A DNA stretch of 64,000 bases from Pseudothermotoga sp. (GTDB taxonomy: Bacteria > Thermotogota > Thermotogae > Thermotogales > DSM-5069), in the NCBI GenBank assembly GCA_031962025.1, contig JAVRKW010000004.1, one strand, 5' to 3'. Below the pieces are notes generated by a model that was not told where the DNA came from, searched no databases, and worked only from the letters and a program-made list of their open reading frames with translations. This document shows, piece by piece, positions 20,550 to 30,403 of this stretch. A program made the position numbers and the translations under genes. Every line of letters starts with the position of its first letter. The first letter of the stretch is position 1.

Positions 20550-21782
20550 TCAGAGTGTATAAAATTCAACGAGCTGACCTGCGTAAGCACCCTCTGTTTG
20601 CGAAGGAATCCTTATAACTCCATCGGCTGCAGATATATTTGAAACATGCGCAGTTTCACTGAAAAGTGGTTCTGCCAGAATATCACCCTTTTCAAATTTC
20701 AATTTTACTCTCACAAAATGCTCGCGACCCTGTGTGGATGGCACATTTTTAGTCAGTCTCACCAGACCGGCAGGCTGTGGTATGAATTTCTCTTCGTTTT
20801 CAAGTCTTTTTAAAATGGGCAGCAGAAAAAATCTACTGCTCACGAAAAACGAAACGGGGTTTCCCGGAAGCCCAAGTATTGGTTTTTGATCGATCAGAGC
20901 AAAGATGGTTGGCTTGCCGGGCTGTACCAATGCACCATGATAGACAACGCCGGGTTTACCAAGTCTTTCGATGGCTTTTGTAGTGTAATCACGTGTTCCA
21001 ATTGAGCTGCCTCCGGATATTGCAATGAAATCGTAATTGTCAAGGCAATCTTTGAGCAGTGCGTGTAATTGATCTTCATCGTCTTTTACATGACCTACCC
21101 TCTGTGCAAAAAAGCCCAGACTGTTGAGCCATGCGACAAGAGAATATGTGTTACTGTCTCTGACCTGAGCAAAGGAAGGCGACTGCCACGGTTCAATTAT
21201 CTCATCTCCCGTGGAGATCACCGCAATTTTTGCCCGTCGATAAACATCGACTTTTGTGACTCCAAGCTGTAACAAAAGTTGTATATCGTTGACTCTTATC
21301 CTTTTGTTTTTTCTCAGCACTGTTTCACCCATTTTGATGTCTTCATCGTATCTCATCACATTCTCACCGACGGCAACTGGTTTCATAATCTCGACAAAGT
21401 CATCAAAGGCTTGCGTGTGTTCAACCATTACAACGGCATCTGCCCCCTGTGGTAAAGCTCCACCGGTTGGTATCCAAGCGGCTTCTCCAGATTTGAGTGT
21501 TCGATCCGGCTTTTTGCCGATTTGAATTTCACAGGTTACTTTTAACAGAGCAGGCAGGTTCATAGAAGCACCCTTTGTATCAAAAGCCATGACAGCATAA
21601 CCATCGACCAGGGATTTATCAAAACCTGGCAGATTTTGAGGTGAGACAACGTCTTTTGCACACACTTTGTTCAAGGCATCCATTGTTTCGACCTTTTCAA
21701 CTTCGTCGATGGCTTTGATCTTTGCAATATAATCATCGTAAATTTCCTGAATGGTAGCGAGCCTGAGAAAATCGATCTTCAT
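20550..21782 (-). CDS. moeA: Molybdopterin molybdo/tungstotransferase MoeA
   Basis: PGFDKSLVDGYA, TGGALP.GADAVVMVE, STGDE, SGGSS.G.RD, PGKP, LPGNP. Confidence 0.93.
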   Translation of the reverse strand: MKIDFLRLATIQEIYDDYIAKIKAIDEVEKVETMDALNKVCAKDVVSPQNLPGFDKSLVDGYAVMAFDTKGASMNLPALLKVTCEIQIGKKPDRTLKSGEAAWIPTGGALPQGADAVVMVEHTQAFDDFVEIMKPVAVGENVMRYDEDIKMGETVLRKNKRIRVNDIQLLLQLGVTKVDVYRRAKIAVISTGDEIIEPWQSPSFAQVRDSNTYSLVAWLNSLGFFAQRVGHVKDDEDQLHALLKDCLDNYDFIAISGGSSIGTRDYTTKAIERLGKPGVVYHGALVQPGKPTIFALIDQKPILGLPGNPVSFFVSSRFFLLPILKRLENEEKFIPQPAGLVRLTKNVPSTQGREHFVRVKLKFEKGDILAEPLFSETAHVSNISAADGVIRIPSQTEGAYAGQLVEFYTL

Positions 21783-21788
21783 GGCTTT

Positions 21789-22283
21789 TCACCGGTTTTG
21801 CTCTGCACAGTCGGCTGTCGATCCTTTGATTTTTTCTACGGCATGCGGCAGTGCAGATAAAATCACCTGCAGGTTTTCCTGAACGGCTTTCGGACTGCCC
21901 GGAAGATTGATTATCAATGTCTGATTTTTCACACCAACGATCGCTCGAGATAACATTCCAAAAGGTGTATGCTTTAATGATTCATTCATCATAGCTATTT
22001 CCATTCCATACAGCCTTTTTTCTATGACTGACAGCGTTGCTTCAGGTGTTACATCCCTTGGTGACACACCAGTTCCACCGGTTGTGATCACAAGATCATA
22101 ACCTTTTTCGCACAAGCTCAAAAGCTCATTTTTTATCAAATTCAGTTCATCAGGCAGGACTCTGTAATATTCGACGACTGCATTTATTTTTCCAAGCATC
22201 TCAATCGCTATTTTGCCACTTTCATCTTCTCTCTGACCGGCAAATCCCCTGTCACTCAGAGTGAGTACAGCCGCTTTAATCAA
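21789..22283 (-). CDS. mog: Molybdopterin adenylyltransferase (MogA/MoaB family)
   Basis: LTLSDR, REDESG, TTGGTGVSPRDVTPEAT, NLPGSP; TTG start after GAGGTG. Confidence 0.9.
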   Translation of the reverse strand: MIKAAVLTLSDRGFAGQREDESGKIAIEMLGKINAVVEYYRVLPDELNLIKNELLSLCEKGYDLVITTGGTGVSPRDVTPEATLSVIEKRLYGMEIAMMNESLKHTPFGMLSRAIVGVKNQTLIINLPGSPKAVQENLQVILSALPHAVEKIKGSTADCAEQNR

Positions 22284-24195
22284 CTTGATCACCTCTGATG
22301 ATTTTGCCCACATTTGAAAGATCATACCCCTGCCATGTCAATGCACGGTTACAAAAATCCTTTGAAAGTATCAGATTCATTATCAATTGGAATCGATAGT
22401 CCTGAATGAATTCTGGTAAAACCAGCAGATCGTACTCTTCCCAGAACATGGGGATGAAATCAAGATCCATGATCTGTGCCACTGATGCTATGCCAAGTCC
22501 AACATCTGCCAGATTTTTTTTGATCTTCAATGCAAGGTTTATGTGTGTGTATTCCTCGTCATCGTACCCATTTATCTGTGAGCGATCTATGCCGAGTTTT
22601 TCTATGTGATAGTCAAGCAGAACTCTGGTGCCCGAAGCCTTTTGTCTGTTGACAAACCTCACATCTTTTCGTGTCAAATCTGTGAGGTCTTTTATTCCCT
22701 TGGGATTTGATTTCTGCACAATCAAGCCCTGGTTGCGTTTTATGAACTTGACGAGCACAAAATCTTTCAAATATTTTCTTAAATACGAAAGATTGTATTC
22801 ACCTGAACTTGGATCTAAAAGATGCATTCCGCCAATGTGAGCGTAACCTTTTGAAATTGATATCAACCCGCCCATGCTGCCCACATTTGTCACATTCAGA
22901 TTTATGGTGAAGTCTTTTTCCTTGATCATATCTGCCAGAATAGATAAAATTGGGTCGTTGCTTCCCATGAAAATGATGTTTTTGTCAATTTCTTCGATGG
23001 ATTTACAGGTCTTCACGGTAATTTTTTGACCTTCGTCCAACACCTCGATTCCTTTTGGTACCGTAACAGTTCCATCCATTTTGGCAAGTGCCTCCATACT
23101 CGCGGCTCCTCTTTTTAATGGGACAAAGACGTACTTGTCTTTTACCTTGCCCAGACTAACTCTTATGTATTCATCTTCGGAAACGGCTGAAAAAATTCTG
23201 CGGGTCGATATGGCTTGTACAACAGCTTCACCAGCCGGCAAAATTTTGTACTTTTCAAAAATTATGGGCTTGACAATCTGTTCAAGGACTGCAAAACAGG
23301 AGCCGGGGTATCCCGGCAAGCCAATGACCGGTCTGTCGTTGACCACTGCCAGGATTGTGGGTTTTCCAGGTCTTATATTCAGACCGTGAGCAACAATCTG
23401 ACCAAGATTGTTCAGAACATGATAGGAATAATCAAAGCTACCGGCTGAAGATCCAGCATTTATCAAAACCATGTCGTATGACGAACATGCACTTGAAAGA
23501 GCAGACAGTATCGATTCGTATCTATCTTCCACGGGCGTATGTACATCCACAATCACGTTCATATCACTCAGATAATTCGCTATGAGCGTCGAATTTGTTT
23601 CTGGTATCAAGCCTTCACCAATTTCACTTTCTGGTGATACGATTTCATTACCCGTGGGAATGACCATCACCCTCATCTTTTTTATGACTTCCACCTCAAA
23701 AACACCGGCAGCCAGCAGTAGAGAAATATCATAAGCTCTCAGAAGATGATAACGTGTAAAGACCATGTCTTTTTCACAGACATCTTCCCCTACTAAGCGC
23801 ACGTTGTGAAATGGTGGTACTGATTCAAAAATCTGAACATGTTCATCGTCTATTACATGAACATCTTCAATCATTATCACTGCATCAAAAGGTGGTTCAA
23901 GTTTGTTGCCGGTATTTACAAATTTGAACTGATCCTTAGAAAGAACCTTTGGACTGGTTTTGGTTGCTCCGATGGTATCAAGGCTTTTTATCAATATCCC
24001 GTCCATTGCGGCGCTGTTGTAAGTGGGTACACTTCTGTTTGCATAAACTGGTCTGGCAAGGACCCTACCAAGTGCCTGGGTTGTAGGTATGATCTGCGTC
24101 TGAGGAACAAAAAAACCCACCTGCTGAAGTTTCTCTTTATAACTTTGCAGTGCCTGAGAAATATCGAGTTTCTTTAGATATATCTTTCGCTCCAT
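22276..24195 (-). CDS. moeA: MoeA fused to a C-terminal periplasmic-binding-protein-like domain
   Basis: SAAMDG, PTGNE, AGSSAG, PGKP, LPGYP; C-terminal GSND, VGSMGG, NRQKASGTR. Confidence 0.9.
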   Translation of the reverse strand: MERKIYLKKLDISQALQSYKEKLQQVGFFVPQTQIIPTTQALGRVLARPVYANRSVPTYNSAAMDGILIKSLDTIGATKTSPKVLSKDQFKFVNTGNKLEPPFDAVIMIEDVHVIDDEHVQIFESVPPFHNVRLVGEDVCEKDMVFTRYHLLRAYDISLLLAAGVFEVEVIKKMRVMVIPTGNEIVSPESEIGEGLIPETNSTLIANYLSDMNVIVDVHTPVEDRYESILSALSSACSSYDMVLINAGSSAGSFDYSYHVLNNLGQIVAHGLNIRPGKPTILAVVNDRPVIGLPGYPGSCFAVLEQIVKPIIFEKYKILPAGEAVVQAISTRRIFSAVSEDEYIRVSLGKVKDKYVFVPLKRGAASMEALAKMDGTVTVPKGIEVLDEGQKITVKTCKSIEEIDKNIIFMGSNDPILSILADMIKEKDFTINLNVTNVGSMGGLISISKGYAHIGGMHLLDPSSGEYNLSYLRKYLKDFVLVKFIKRNQGLIVQKSNPKGIKDLTDLTRKDVRFVNRQKASGTRVLLDYHIEKLGIDRSQINGYDDEEYTHINLALKIKKNLADVGLGIASVAQIMDLDFIPMFWEEYDLLVLPEFIQDYRFQLIMNLILSKDFCNRALTWQGYDLSNVGKIIRGDQVD

Positions 24196-24300
24196 ATAAT
24201 GTACCTCCACAAGAGAAATTTTATCAAGGATAAAGCAAGAAGATTCCATCTTCTACAAGATGAAGATGAATTGCTAACAGTATGGTACAACATTTTTGAA

Positions 24301-24433
24301 GGTATCTGGTGAGTCTCAGATAACCAGTAGTGGGTGTGTGAACCACCCTGTGAGAATAAGGGCAGCTAAATTGCTGCCAAATTTCTCATAAAGCCTCTAT
24401 CTTTTTAGGTGGATGGTAGTTCACCCAATCAGG
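24301..24433. ncRNA. Unidentified structured non-coding element (candidate sRNA or cis-regulatory RNA)
   Basis: Nested stems TGGG..TGAACCACC/GGTAGTTCACCCA, TGTGAGAA/TTCTCATA and GGCAGC/GCTGCC, plus a separate 5' hairpin; no meaningful ORF. Confidence 0.5.
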
Positions 24434-24441
24434 ATGAATGC

Positions 24442-24464
24442 AAAAACGCCGGCTTTCGCCGGCG
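24442..24464 (-). terminator. Intrinsic terminator of the Spy/CpxP-like gene
   Basis: Minus strand CGCCGGC-GAAA-GCCGGCG-TTTTT. Confidence 0.85.
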
Positions 24465-24482
24465 CACTCGAGGGGGTGGGGG

Positions 24483-25082
24483 TTACTGGAGGTATGCTCT
24501 TAACGCTTCTTCAAAATCATCGTCCAGAAGAATTGCAAGTTTAAATGCACCCTTTGTGTTATCAAAAGATCTGTTCATCATCTTGTCGCGCAAGGGCATT
24601 GCTGGTATCTGGTTTTTACTGCCAAAAGGTCTCAACGGCATTTGCCTTTGCTGAATCTGTCTTTGCTGAAATTGGTTTGCATAGTCTTTGAATTTGTTGA
24701 AATAGTAATTTCTGAGATTTTCAAGCTGTGATACCTTGAGGATATCTGCAATCTTTTTCTCGGCTTCTTGAAGTATCTGTGCGCGTTCCTGATTCAGCGC
24801 TCTTTTTTCAGTTGCAAATTCGTTGAGTGTCATGTCCTTGGATTTCTCAAGCAAAGCTTGGTATTTTTGCTCAAGTTCATTCAGTTGCTGTTTTGTTTCT
24901 GTGATTACTCCCAAGAGCTGCTGTGCCTGGTCTTTTGAAAGATCAAGAGCCTTGATAAATTCGGTGTAATTGAGCTGTTTGTTGATCTGCCTCATGTTTC
25001 CGTAACCTTTGCCAAAAACTCCTGCAAAACTCAATGCTGCCACCAGAACTAAGCTTACAAGTACCACTGCCACTTTTTTCAC
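24483..25082 (-). CDS. Secreted helical protein, Spy/CpxP-like
   Basis: Signal peptide, Gly/Met-rich segment, LTxxQ-like motifs LSKDQ and LKVSQ, coiled coil, Q-rich tail. Confidence 0.55.
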   Translation of the reverse strand: MKKVAVVLVSLVLVAALSFAGVFGKGYGNMRQINKQLNYTEFIKALDLSKDQAQQLLGVITETKQQLNELEQKYQALLEKSKDMTLNEFATEKRALNQERAQILQEAEKKIADILKVSQLENLRNYYFNKFKDYANQFQQRQIQQRQMPLRPFGSKNQIPAMPLRDKMMNRSFDNTKGAFKLAILLDDDFEEALRAYLQ

Positions 25083-25231
25083 TCAAATCACCTCCGTGAA
25101 TTTTTCTGTTCACTATAATTGTCCTATTTTAAAAGTTATATGTTCTACTTTTTAAGAAAACTCTAATAAAACCAGATACCGTATGCAGAGGAGTAAAATT
25201 TTTTCAAACAGCAAGAAAGAAGGTGGATGCT

Positions 25232-26842
25232 GTGGATGAATATGAAGTTTTTGAAACGATGAGATTCATCAGTTCTTTTCACAGAGCAAGGGGAAGTGAT
25301 GATTTCAAAAATCTCGTAAAAAGACTGGTGGAGATGTTACTTGAATGGGGGATCGACGAAAAAAAGATCAACGTACTTGAATATCCAACAGGTGGCGTTA
25401 GATATGGAAATTTTGAATCCACGATGGTGTGGAACATAAAAGATGCTGAACTGTGGCTTGAAAGTCCAAGGATTTTCTTGAATTCTTTCAGATCATGCAA
25501 GGTCAGCGTTCTTTTTGGAAGTAGCTCAACAAATGGCTGGCAATCCTTGGAGCTGGTCGATGAAAATTATCAGGGGGATTTCTCGAACAAGGCTGTACTG
25601 GTGAATGAAAATCCTTCAAAAGCCTTCAAAAGGTATGTCAGGGAACTGGGGGCAAAATGTCTTCTTGTGTATTACATGAGATCTCAGGATGAATCAATTG
25701 GTAGAACTCCTGAAAAAATGCCGCAGACCGTGAACTATCTCTCCCTGCCCCATACACTTGAAGACAGCAAATACAAAGCTTTTGGTTTTTCGCTCGATTT
25801 CAATCAGTTCAGATTGCTCAAACAGCTTTCCAACAAAGGAAATAGAGTCAGATTGTTCATAGATAGTGAATTAAAAACTGGTACTTTGCAGGTTCTTCGA
25901 ATCAGATTTTCTAACAACTCAAATAGGAGAATCGGTATAGTGGCACATCTATGCCATCCCAGTCCTGGAGCGAATGACAATGCTTCAGGATCTGCTCTGG
26001 CACTGCATATCTGTAAGGAATTGGAAAACTTAAAACTCGGTATAAACGTCGATGTACTTCTTTTGCCTGAGTTCTACGGCAGCCTGCCATACGCAGCCCA
26101 GAATAACTATGACTGCGTTATCAACCTGGATATGGTTGGAGAAGATCAAACAAAAACAGGAGCCACTCTACTGCTTCATGAAACACCATTTCTTCTACCT
26201 GGTTATTACGATCAATTGCTGTACGAATCTTTGATGAAATTTGCACCAACCAGCTCGGAATCATACAGCAAAAGATTTTTCAGAGTGAGATTCAAAAGTG
26301 GATCAGATCACGTTGTCTTTGAAAATTATCACACTCCTTCACCGTTCATCGGTCACTGGCCAGACAGGTATTACCACACCAGTGAAGATACACCGGACAA
26401 ATGTGATCCTTCGATGTTCAGATGGATTGGTCAGGCTGTACTGCACACCCTGATGCTCTCGGCTGATATACCAGAACACATAAAGGAACTTTCAAACTCA
26501 AGGGTAAGGTCTTTTTTGATGAACATACAGGATCTTGCCGGAGCAGATCTGATCCGAATGGTAATTGAAAACAGAACCAGCTTTTGCCGTGAAAATATCA
26601 AAAAGAAAATAGAACCGGTGAATGAAGGTCCGCTTGGTTATGAGTGGCTCGATAAAACCGGTGAACTGGCGAACGAAAGATACATGGTTGACCTGGGAGA
26701 GATTTTAAATTTAAGTGCAAGGTACTTGAACGACTACGACGCCTGTGTTACATTCGCTTCTGCCTATTTGAATATCGATAAAAGAAAAGTCGCAGATGTG
26801 CTCGATCTGTTGATCAAAAATGATTTGTTGAGAGTACGGTAA
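25232..26842 (+). CDS. M28-like zinc aminopeptidase (DUF4910-type)
   Basis: AHLCHP.PGANDNASG, PEFYGS, NLDMVG, GSDH, YYHTSEDT. Confidence 0.8.
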   Translation: MDEYEVFETMRFISSFHRARGSDDFKNLVKRLVEMLLEWGIDEKKINVLEYPTGGVRYGNFESTMVWNIKDAELWLESPRIFLNSFRSCKVSVLFGSSSTNGWQSLELVDENYQGDFSNKAVLVNENPSKAFKRYVRELGAKCLLVYYMRSQDESIGRTPEKMPQTVNYLSLPHTLEDSKYKAFGFSLDFNQFRLLKQLSNKGNRVRLFIDSELKTGTLQVLRIRFSNNSNRRIGIVAHLCHPSPGANDNASGSALALHICKELENLKLGINVDVLLLPEFYGSLPYAAQNNYDCVINLDMVGEDQTKTGATLLLHETPFLLPGYYDQLLYESLMKFAPTSSESYSKRFFRVRFKSGSDHVVFENYHTPSPFIGHWPDRYYHTSEDTPDKCDPSMFRWIGQAVLHTLMLSADIPEHIKELSNSRVRSFLMNIQDLAGADLIRMVIENRTSFCRENIKKKIEPVNEGPLGYEWLDKTGELANERYMVDLGEILNLSARYLNDYDACVTFASAYLNIDKRKVADVLDLLIKNDLLRVR

Positions 26843-26892
26843 TTATATTATTTTGTCAGTACAAAATAACTTTATAAACCCAATATGAATAC

Positions 26893-26922
26893 TTGACTTT
26901 TAATGTAAACCCGTGGTAAATT
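26893..26922 (+). promoter_or_regulatory. Sigma70-type promoter of the peptide ABC operon
   Basis: TTGACT-18 nt-TAAATT with TG extension. Confidence 0.5.
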
Positions 26923-26977
26923 ATATACAGTGTTATTGAAGAAAGTGTGAACATACCACAATTGGGGAGGTGTATCC

Positions 26978-28531
26978 ATGAAAAAGTTTTTGCTGGTAAT
27001 TGCACTGATCACGGCGGTAGCATTTGTTTTTGCACAAACTCCAAAAAGAGGCGGAGTGGTGTACGATTACTGGACAGCTGATCGCATGACCTTTGACCCA
27101 CAGGAAGATACCTACTTGCAGACATACGCCATGGCTCGTTTGCTTTTCAGCACACTGGTAAGGTACAGGGGAGATACACTTGAGCTGGAACCAGAATTGC
27201 TCGCAAAAATGCCGTTGATTTCGCAGAATGGTCTTGTCTACACATTTGAATTGAAAAAAGGAATTAAATTTCAAGACGGCAAAACAGAACTCACCAGCGA
27301 CGATGTCAGATTCACCATTGAAAGAATGCTCAGTCCAAAAGGCAGGGGTGCAAGCAAGTGGCTCTTTGAACCAATACTCGGTGCTGCTGCATTCATGAAA
27401 GGTGAAGCCACTTCTATCGAAGGTTTTAAGAAAATCGATGATTACAGATTCCAGATCATTCTTGAGAAACCCTATGCTCCTTTCCTGCAAAATCTTGCTG
27501 TACCTGCGGCAAGCATACTCTCTGAAAAACTCGTAACAGCCGCAGGAGACAACTGGAGACTCAACCCTGTCGGAACAGGTCCATTCAGATTGAAATCTCA
27601 CACTCCAAATACCGAAATAGTCTTTGAGAGAAATCCGTATTATTTTGAAGAAGGTTTGCCATATCTGGATGGAATAGTTTACAGAATCATACCGGAGTCA
27701 TCTGTGGCACTGATGGAATTCGAAGCAGGTACTCTGGACGTTGTAACCATACCCGTGCTGGAGTACGAAAGGATTAAGAAAACCGGAAAATACAACATCA
27801 TTGAAAAGGAAGCGCTCAACACCTACTACTTTTTGATGAATTTGAAAGATCCAAAGTGGTCAAATCCATTGCTCAGAAAAGCAATGGCAATGGCTATTAA
27901 CAAACAGGAACTTGCTCAATCGCTTTATGGTCCACGCGCAACAGTTGCAAAAAGCTTTGTCACGCCCGGTATACCCGGTGCATATCCGCTTGGTGAAGGT
28001 CCGGCTTACGATTACAACCCACAGGAAGCCAAAAAGCTCGTTGCCCAGCTTGGAAATATAGGAAAGGTCACAGCCTGGCAGTCTGGTGGTGATACACTGA
28101 GCGATGCAAATGTGATTATACAGGCAATGGCAAAAGAAGTGGGGATCGATCTTGAAATAATACCTGTGGAAAGAGCAGCATACAAACAGGCAAGAAATGA
28201 AGGGAAGATACCTGCAACGTACTCCAACTGGTGGGCAGATATTCCAGATCCGGACAACTACATAGGGGTTTTCTTTGCCAAGGGGAACCAGATGTCTTCT
28301 GGTTACAACAACGAAGAAGTTCAGGAAATGATAGAAAAAGCTAAAACAGAAGTAGATCCAAAGAAAAGAGAACAGATGTACAGAGAAATTGAATACAAAA
28401 TAGTTAGAGAAGACGTTGCTGTGATACCACTGTTCCATCTCAAGTACCTGCTTGCGACACAGAAAAATGTACACGGAGTCATAGCTCATCCAACTGGTAT
28501 TACCATATACCTGTACGCATACAAAGAATGA
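26978..28531 (+). CDS. Peptide ABC transporter substrate-binding protein (family 5, DppA/OppA-like)
   Basis: Signal peptide, YTFELKKGIKFQDG, PVGTGPF, WWADIPDPDN. Confidence 0.93.
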   Translation: MKKFLLVIALITAVAFVFAQTPKRGGVVYDYWTADRMTFDPQEDTYLQTYAMARLLFSTLVRYRGDTLELEPELLAKMPLISQNGLVYTFELKKGIKFQDGKTELTSDDVRFTIERMLSPKGRGASKWLFEPILGAAAFMKGEATSIEGFKKIDDYRFQIILEKPYAPFLQNLAVPAASILSEKLVTAAGDNWRLNPVGTGPFRLKSHTPNTEIVFERNPYYFEEGLPYLDGIVYRIIPESSVALMEFEAGTLDVVTIPVLEYERIKKTGKYNIIEKEALNTYYFLMNLKDPKWSNPLLRKAMAMAINKQELAQSLYGPRATVAKSFVTPGIPGAYPLGEGPAYDYNPQEAKKLVAQLGNIGKVTAWQSGGDTLSDANVIIQAMAKEVGIDLEIIPVERAAYKQARNEGKIPATYSNWWADIPDPDNYIGVFFAKGNQMSSGYNNEEVQEMIEKAKTEVDPKKREQMYREIEYKIVREDVAVIPLFHLKYLLATQKNVHGVIAHPTGITIYLYAYKE

Positions 28532-28536
28532 GCAAT

Positions 28537-28564
28537 GAGCGGAGGCATCCCCTCCGCTCTTTTT
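28537..28564 (+). terminator. Intercistronic hairpin/terminator after the binding-protein gene
   Basis: GAGCGGAGG-catcc-CCTCCGCTC-TTTTT. Confidence 0.8.
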
Positions 28565-28579
28565 AGGAGGATGTAAAAA

Positions 28580-29500
28580 GTGATTCAGTACATAATTCGC
28601 CGTTTGATCTTTTCGATACCGGTTGTCATCGGTGTCACTTTGATAACTTTCATACTTTTGAACGTCGTACCGGGTGATCCCGTACTTGAGATGGTTGGTA
28701 AATACGCAGATCCTCAAACTGTGGCACAGATCAGAGAACAGCTGGGTTTGAATGATCCTCTGGTTATTCAATATCTGAGATTTGTATTCAATGCCGCTCG
28801 TGGAGATCTTGGCAAATCCTTTAAAACGGGAGTGGCTGTCTCAAAGATGATTGCCGAGGCATTTCCAACCACTCTGAAGCTTGCAGCTTCCGCGTATCTT
28901 GTGGCAATTGTACTTGGAATTTCCGTTGGTATCATCTCAGCCGTCAAGCAGTATTCCTTTTTCGATCACTCTATGATGATAGTTGCTCTTGCTGGAATAA
29001 GCGCCCCCGTTTTCTGGGTTGCCATAGTTGCGCAATTGATCTTTGGCTTGAAATTGGGCTGGTTTCCCATATCAGGTTACTACAGTATCAAGCACATGAT
29101 AATGCCAGCCATAGTCCTTGGAATAAGGTTTGCCGCATCAATTGCCCGCTATACCAGAAGTGCTCTTTTGGATGTTATCCGCCAGGACTACATAAGAACC
29201 GCCAGAGCAAAGGGATTAGCTGAAAGATCGGTGATCTTTGTTCATGCTCTGAAAAACGCCATGATTCCGGTGGTTACAATTCTTGGTATGCAGTTGAGCG
29301 GGCTTTTGACCGGCTCAATACTCACCGAAACCGTCTTTGCCATACCTGGTCTTGGAAGGCTTTCGGTCTGGGCTCTATCGGAAAGGGATTATCCACTTGT
29401 ACAGGGTGTAGTACTGTTCACAGCGGTTATATACATTCTTGGTAATTTGATCGTTGATATCTCCTATGCCTTTCTCAATCCAAGAATTCGACTGCAGTAG
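28580..29500 (+). CDS. Peptide ABC transporter permease (DppB/OppB)
   Basis: PGDP, GDLGKS, YIRTARAKGL loop, ETVFAIPGLG. Confidence 0.93.
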   Translation: MIQYIIRRLIFSIPVVIGVTLITFILLNVVPGDPVLEMVGKYADPQTVAQIREQLGLNDPLVIQYLRFVFNAARGDLGKSFKTGVAVSKMIAEAFPTTLKLAASAYLVAIVLGISVGIISAVKQYSFFDHSMMIVALAGISAPVFWVAIVAQLIFGLKLGWFPISGYYSIKHMIMPAIVLGIRFAASIARYTRSALLDVIRQDYIRTARAKGLAERSVIFVHALKNAMIPVVTILGMQLSGLLTGSILTETVFAIPGLGRLSVWALSERDYPLVQGVVLFTAVIYILGNLIVDISYAFLNPRIRLQ

Positions 29501-29512
29501 GGGGTAACAAAA

Positions 29513-30394
29513 GTGGCTGAGAAAAAATCGTTATCGCTGTACAAAGATGCATACAAAAGATTGAAAAGAAACAAACCCGCGATTTTTGGACTGGTATTCA
29601 TCGTGATAATCGTTTTTGTTGCTGTCTTTGCACCACTTTTGGCTCCCGCCGACCCGAACAAAATAGATCTTCCCAATCGTTTGAAAACAATGGGTGCACC
29701 ATCGAGAATATGTAAAAACGGTGTTTACTTGCTTGGCTCTGATGAATTTGGAAGAGATATTCTCTCCAGACTGATTTACGGTGCAAGGGTTTCTTTGATA
29801 GTAGGTGTTGTTACTCAGTTTATAACAGCCTTTATAGGAATAGTCATAGGATCACTGGCAGGATATTACGGTGGAACGATAGATATGGTCACGATGAGAA
29901 TAGCTGATATGCTGTTCGCCTTTCCAGATTTACTGTTTTACATAGGCATGATGTTTGCACTCGGTCCAGGTATTGTGAATATGTTCATAGCTCTGTCCGT
30001 TATAGGCTGGGCTGGAAGTGCACGACTGGTTAGAAGTCAGGTAATCGCCTTGAAAGAAACGGAGTTCGTTGAAGCCGCAAAGGCTCAGGGGCTTTCAGAT
30101 TTCAGAATCATTGTAAAACACATCCTTCCAAACTGCATGGGTCCAATTATTGTTTCTATTTCCATAGGTATTCCCGGGTCCATCCTGGCAGAAGCGGGTC
30201 TTTCGTTTCTGGGACTTGGAATACTTCCTCCAACACCGAGCTGGGGTAATATGATAAGAGCGGCAAGTTCGTATTTGAGAATTCAACCATGGTATGCAGT
30301 CTGGCCCGGTGTTGTTTTAATGCTGACGACCTTTTCTTTCAACCTGCTTGGTGATGGCTTACGCGATGCGCTGGATCCAAGGTTGAAACAGTGA
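29513..30394 (+). CDS. Peptide ABC transporter permease (DppC/OppC)
   Basis: LGSDEFGRDILSR, EFVEAAKAQG, LSFLGLG, GDGLRDALDP. Confidence 0.93.
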   Translation: MAEKKSLSLYKDAYKRLKRNKPAIFGLVFIVIIVFVAVFAPLLAPADPNKIDLPNRLKTMGAPSRICKNGVYLLGSDEFGRDILSRLIYGARVSLIVGVVTQFITAFIGIVIGSLAGYYGGTIDMVTMRIADMLFAFPDLLFYIGMMFALGPGIVNMFIALSVIGWAGSARLVRSQVIALKETEFVEAAKAQGLSDFRIIVKHILPNCMGPIIVSISIGIPGSILAEAGLSFLGLGILPPTPSWGNMIRAASSYLRIQPWYAVWPGVVLMLTTFSFNLLGDGLRDALDPRLKQ

Positions 30395-30403
30395 GGTGAT
30401 ACC

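Noticed and set aside
24196..24300. Canonical Moco/Wco riboswitch directly before moeA
   Set aside because: I could not find the GNRA-capped stems or conserved motif; the stretch looks like an AT-rich promoter region
24641..24670. Tandem CTTTGCTGAA repeats
   Set aside because: A 15-nt in-frame duplication encoding the FQQRQ/IQQRQ low-complexity tail, not a CRISPR or regulatory repeat
26933..28771. Long antisense ORFs (222 aa and 303 aa) opposite the peptide-binding protein gene
   Set aside because: Shadow frames of a codon-biased gene, with no RBS and no protein-like motifs
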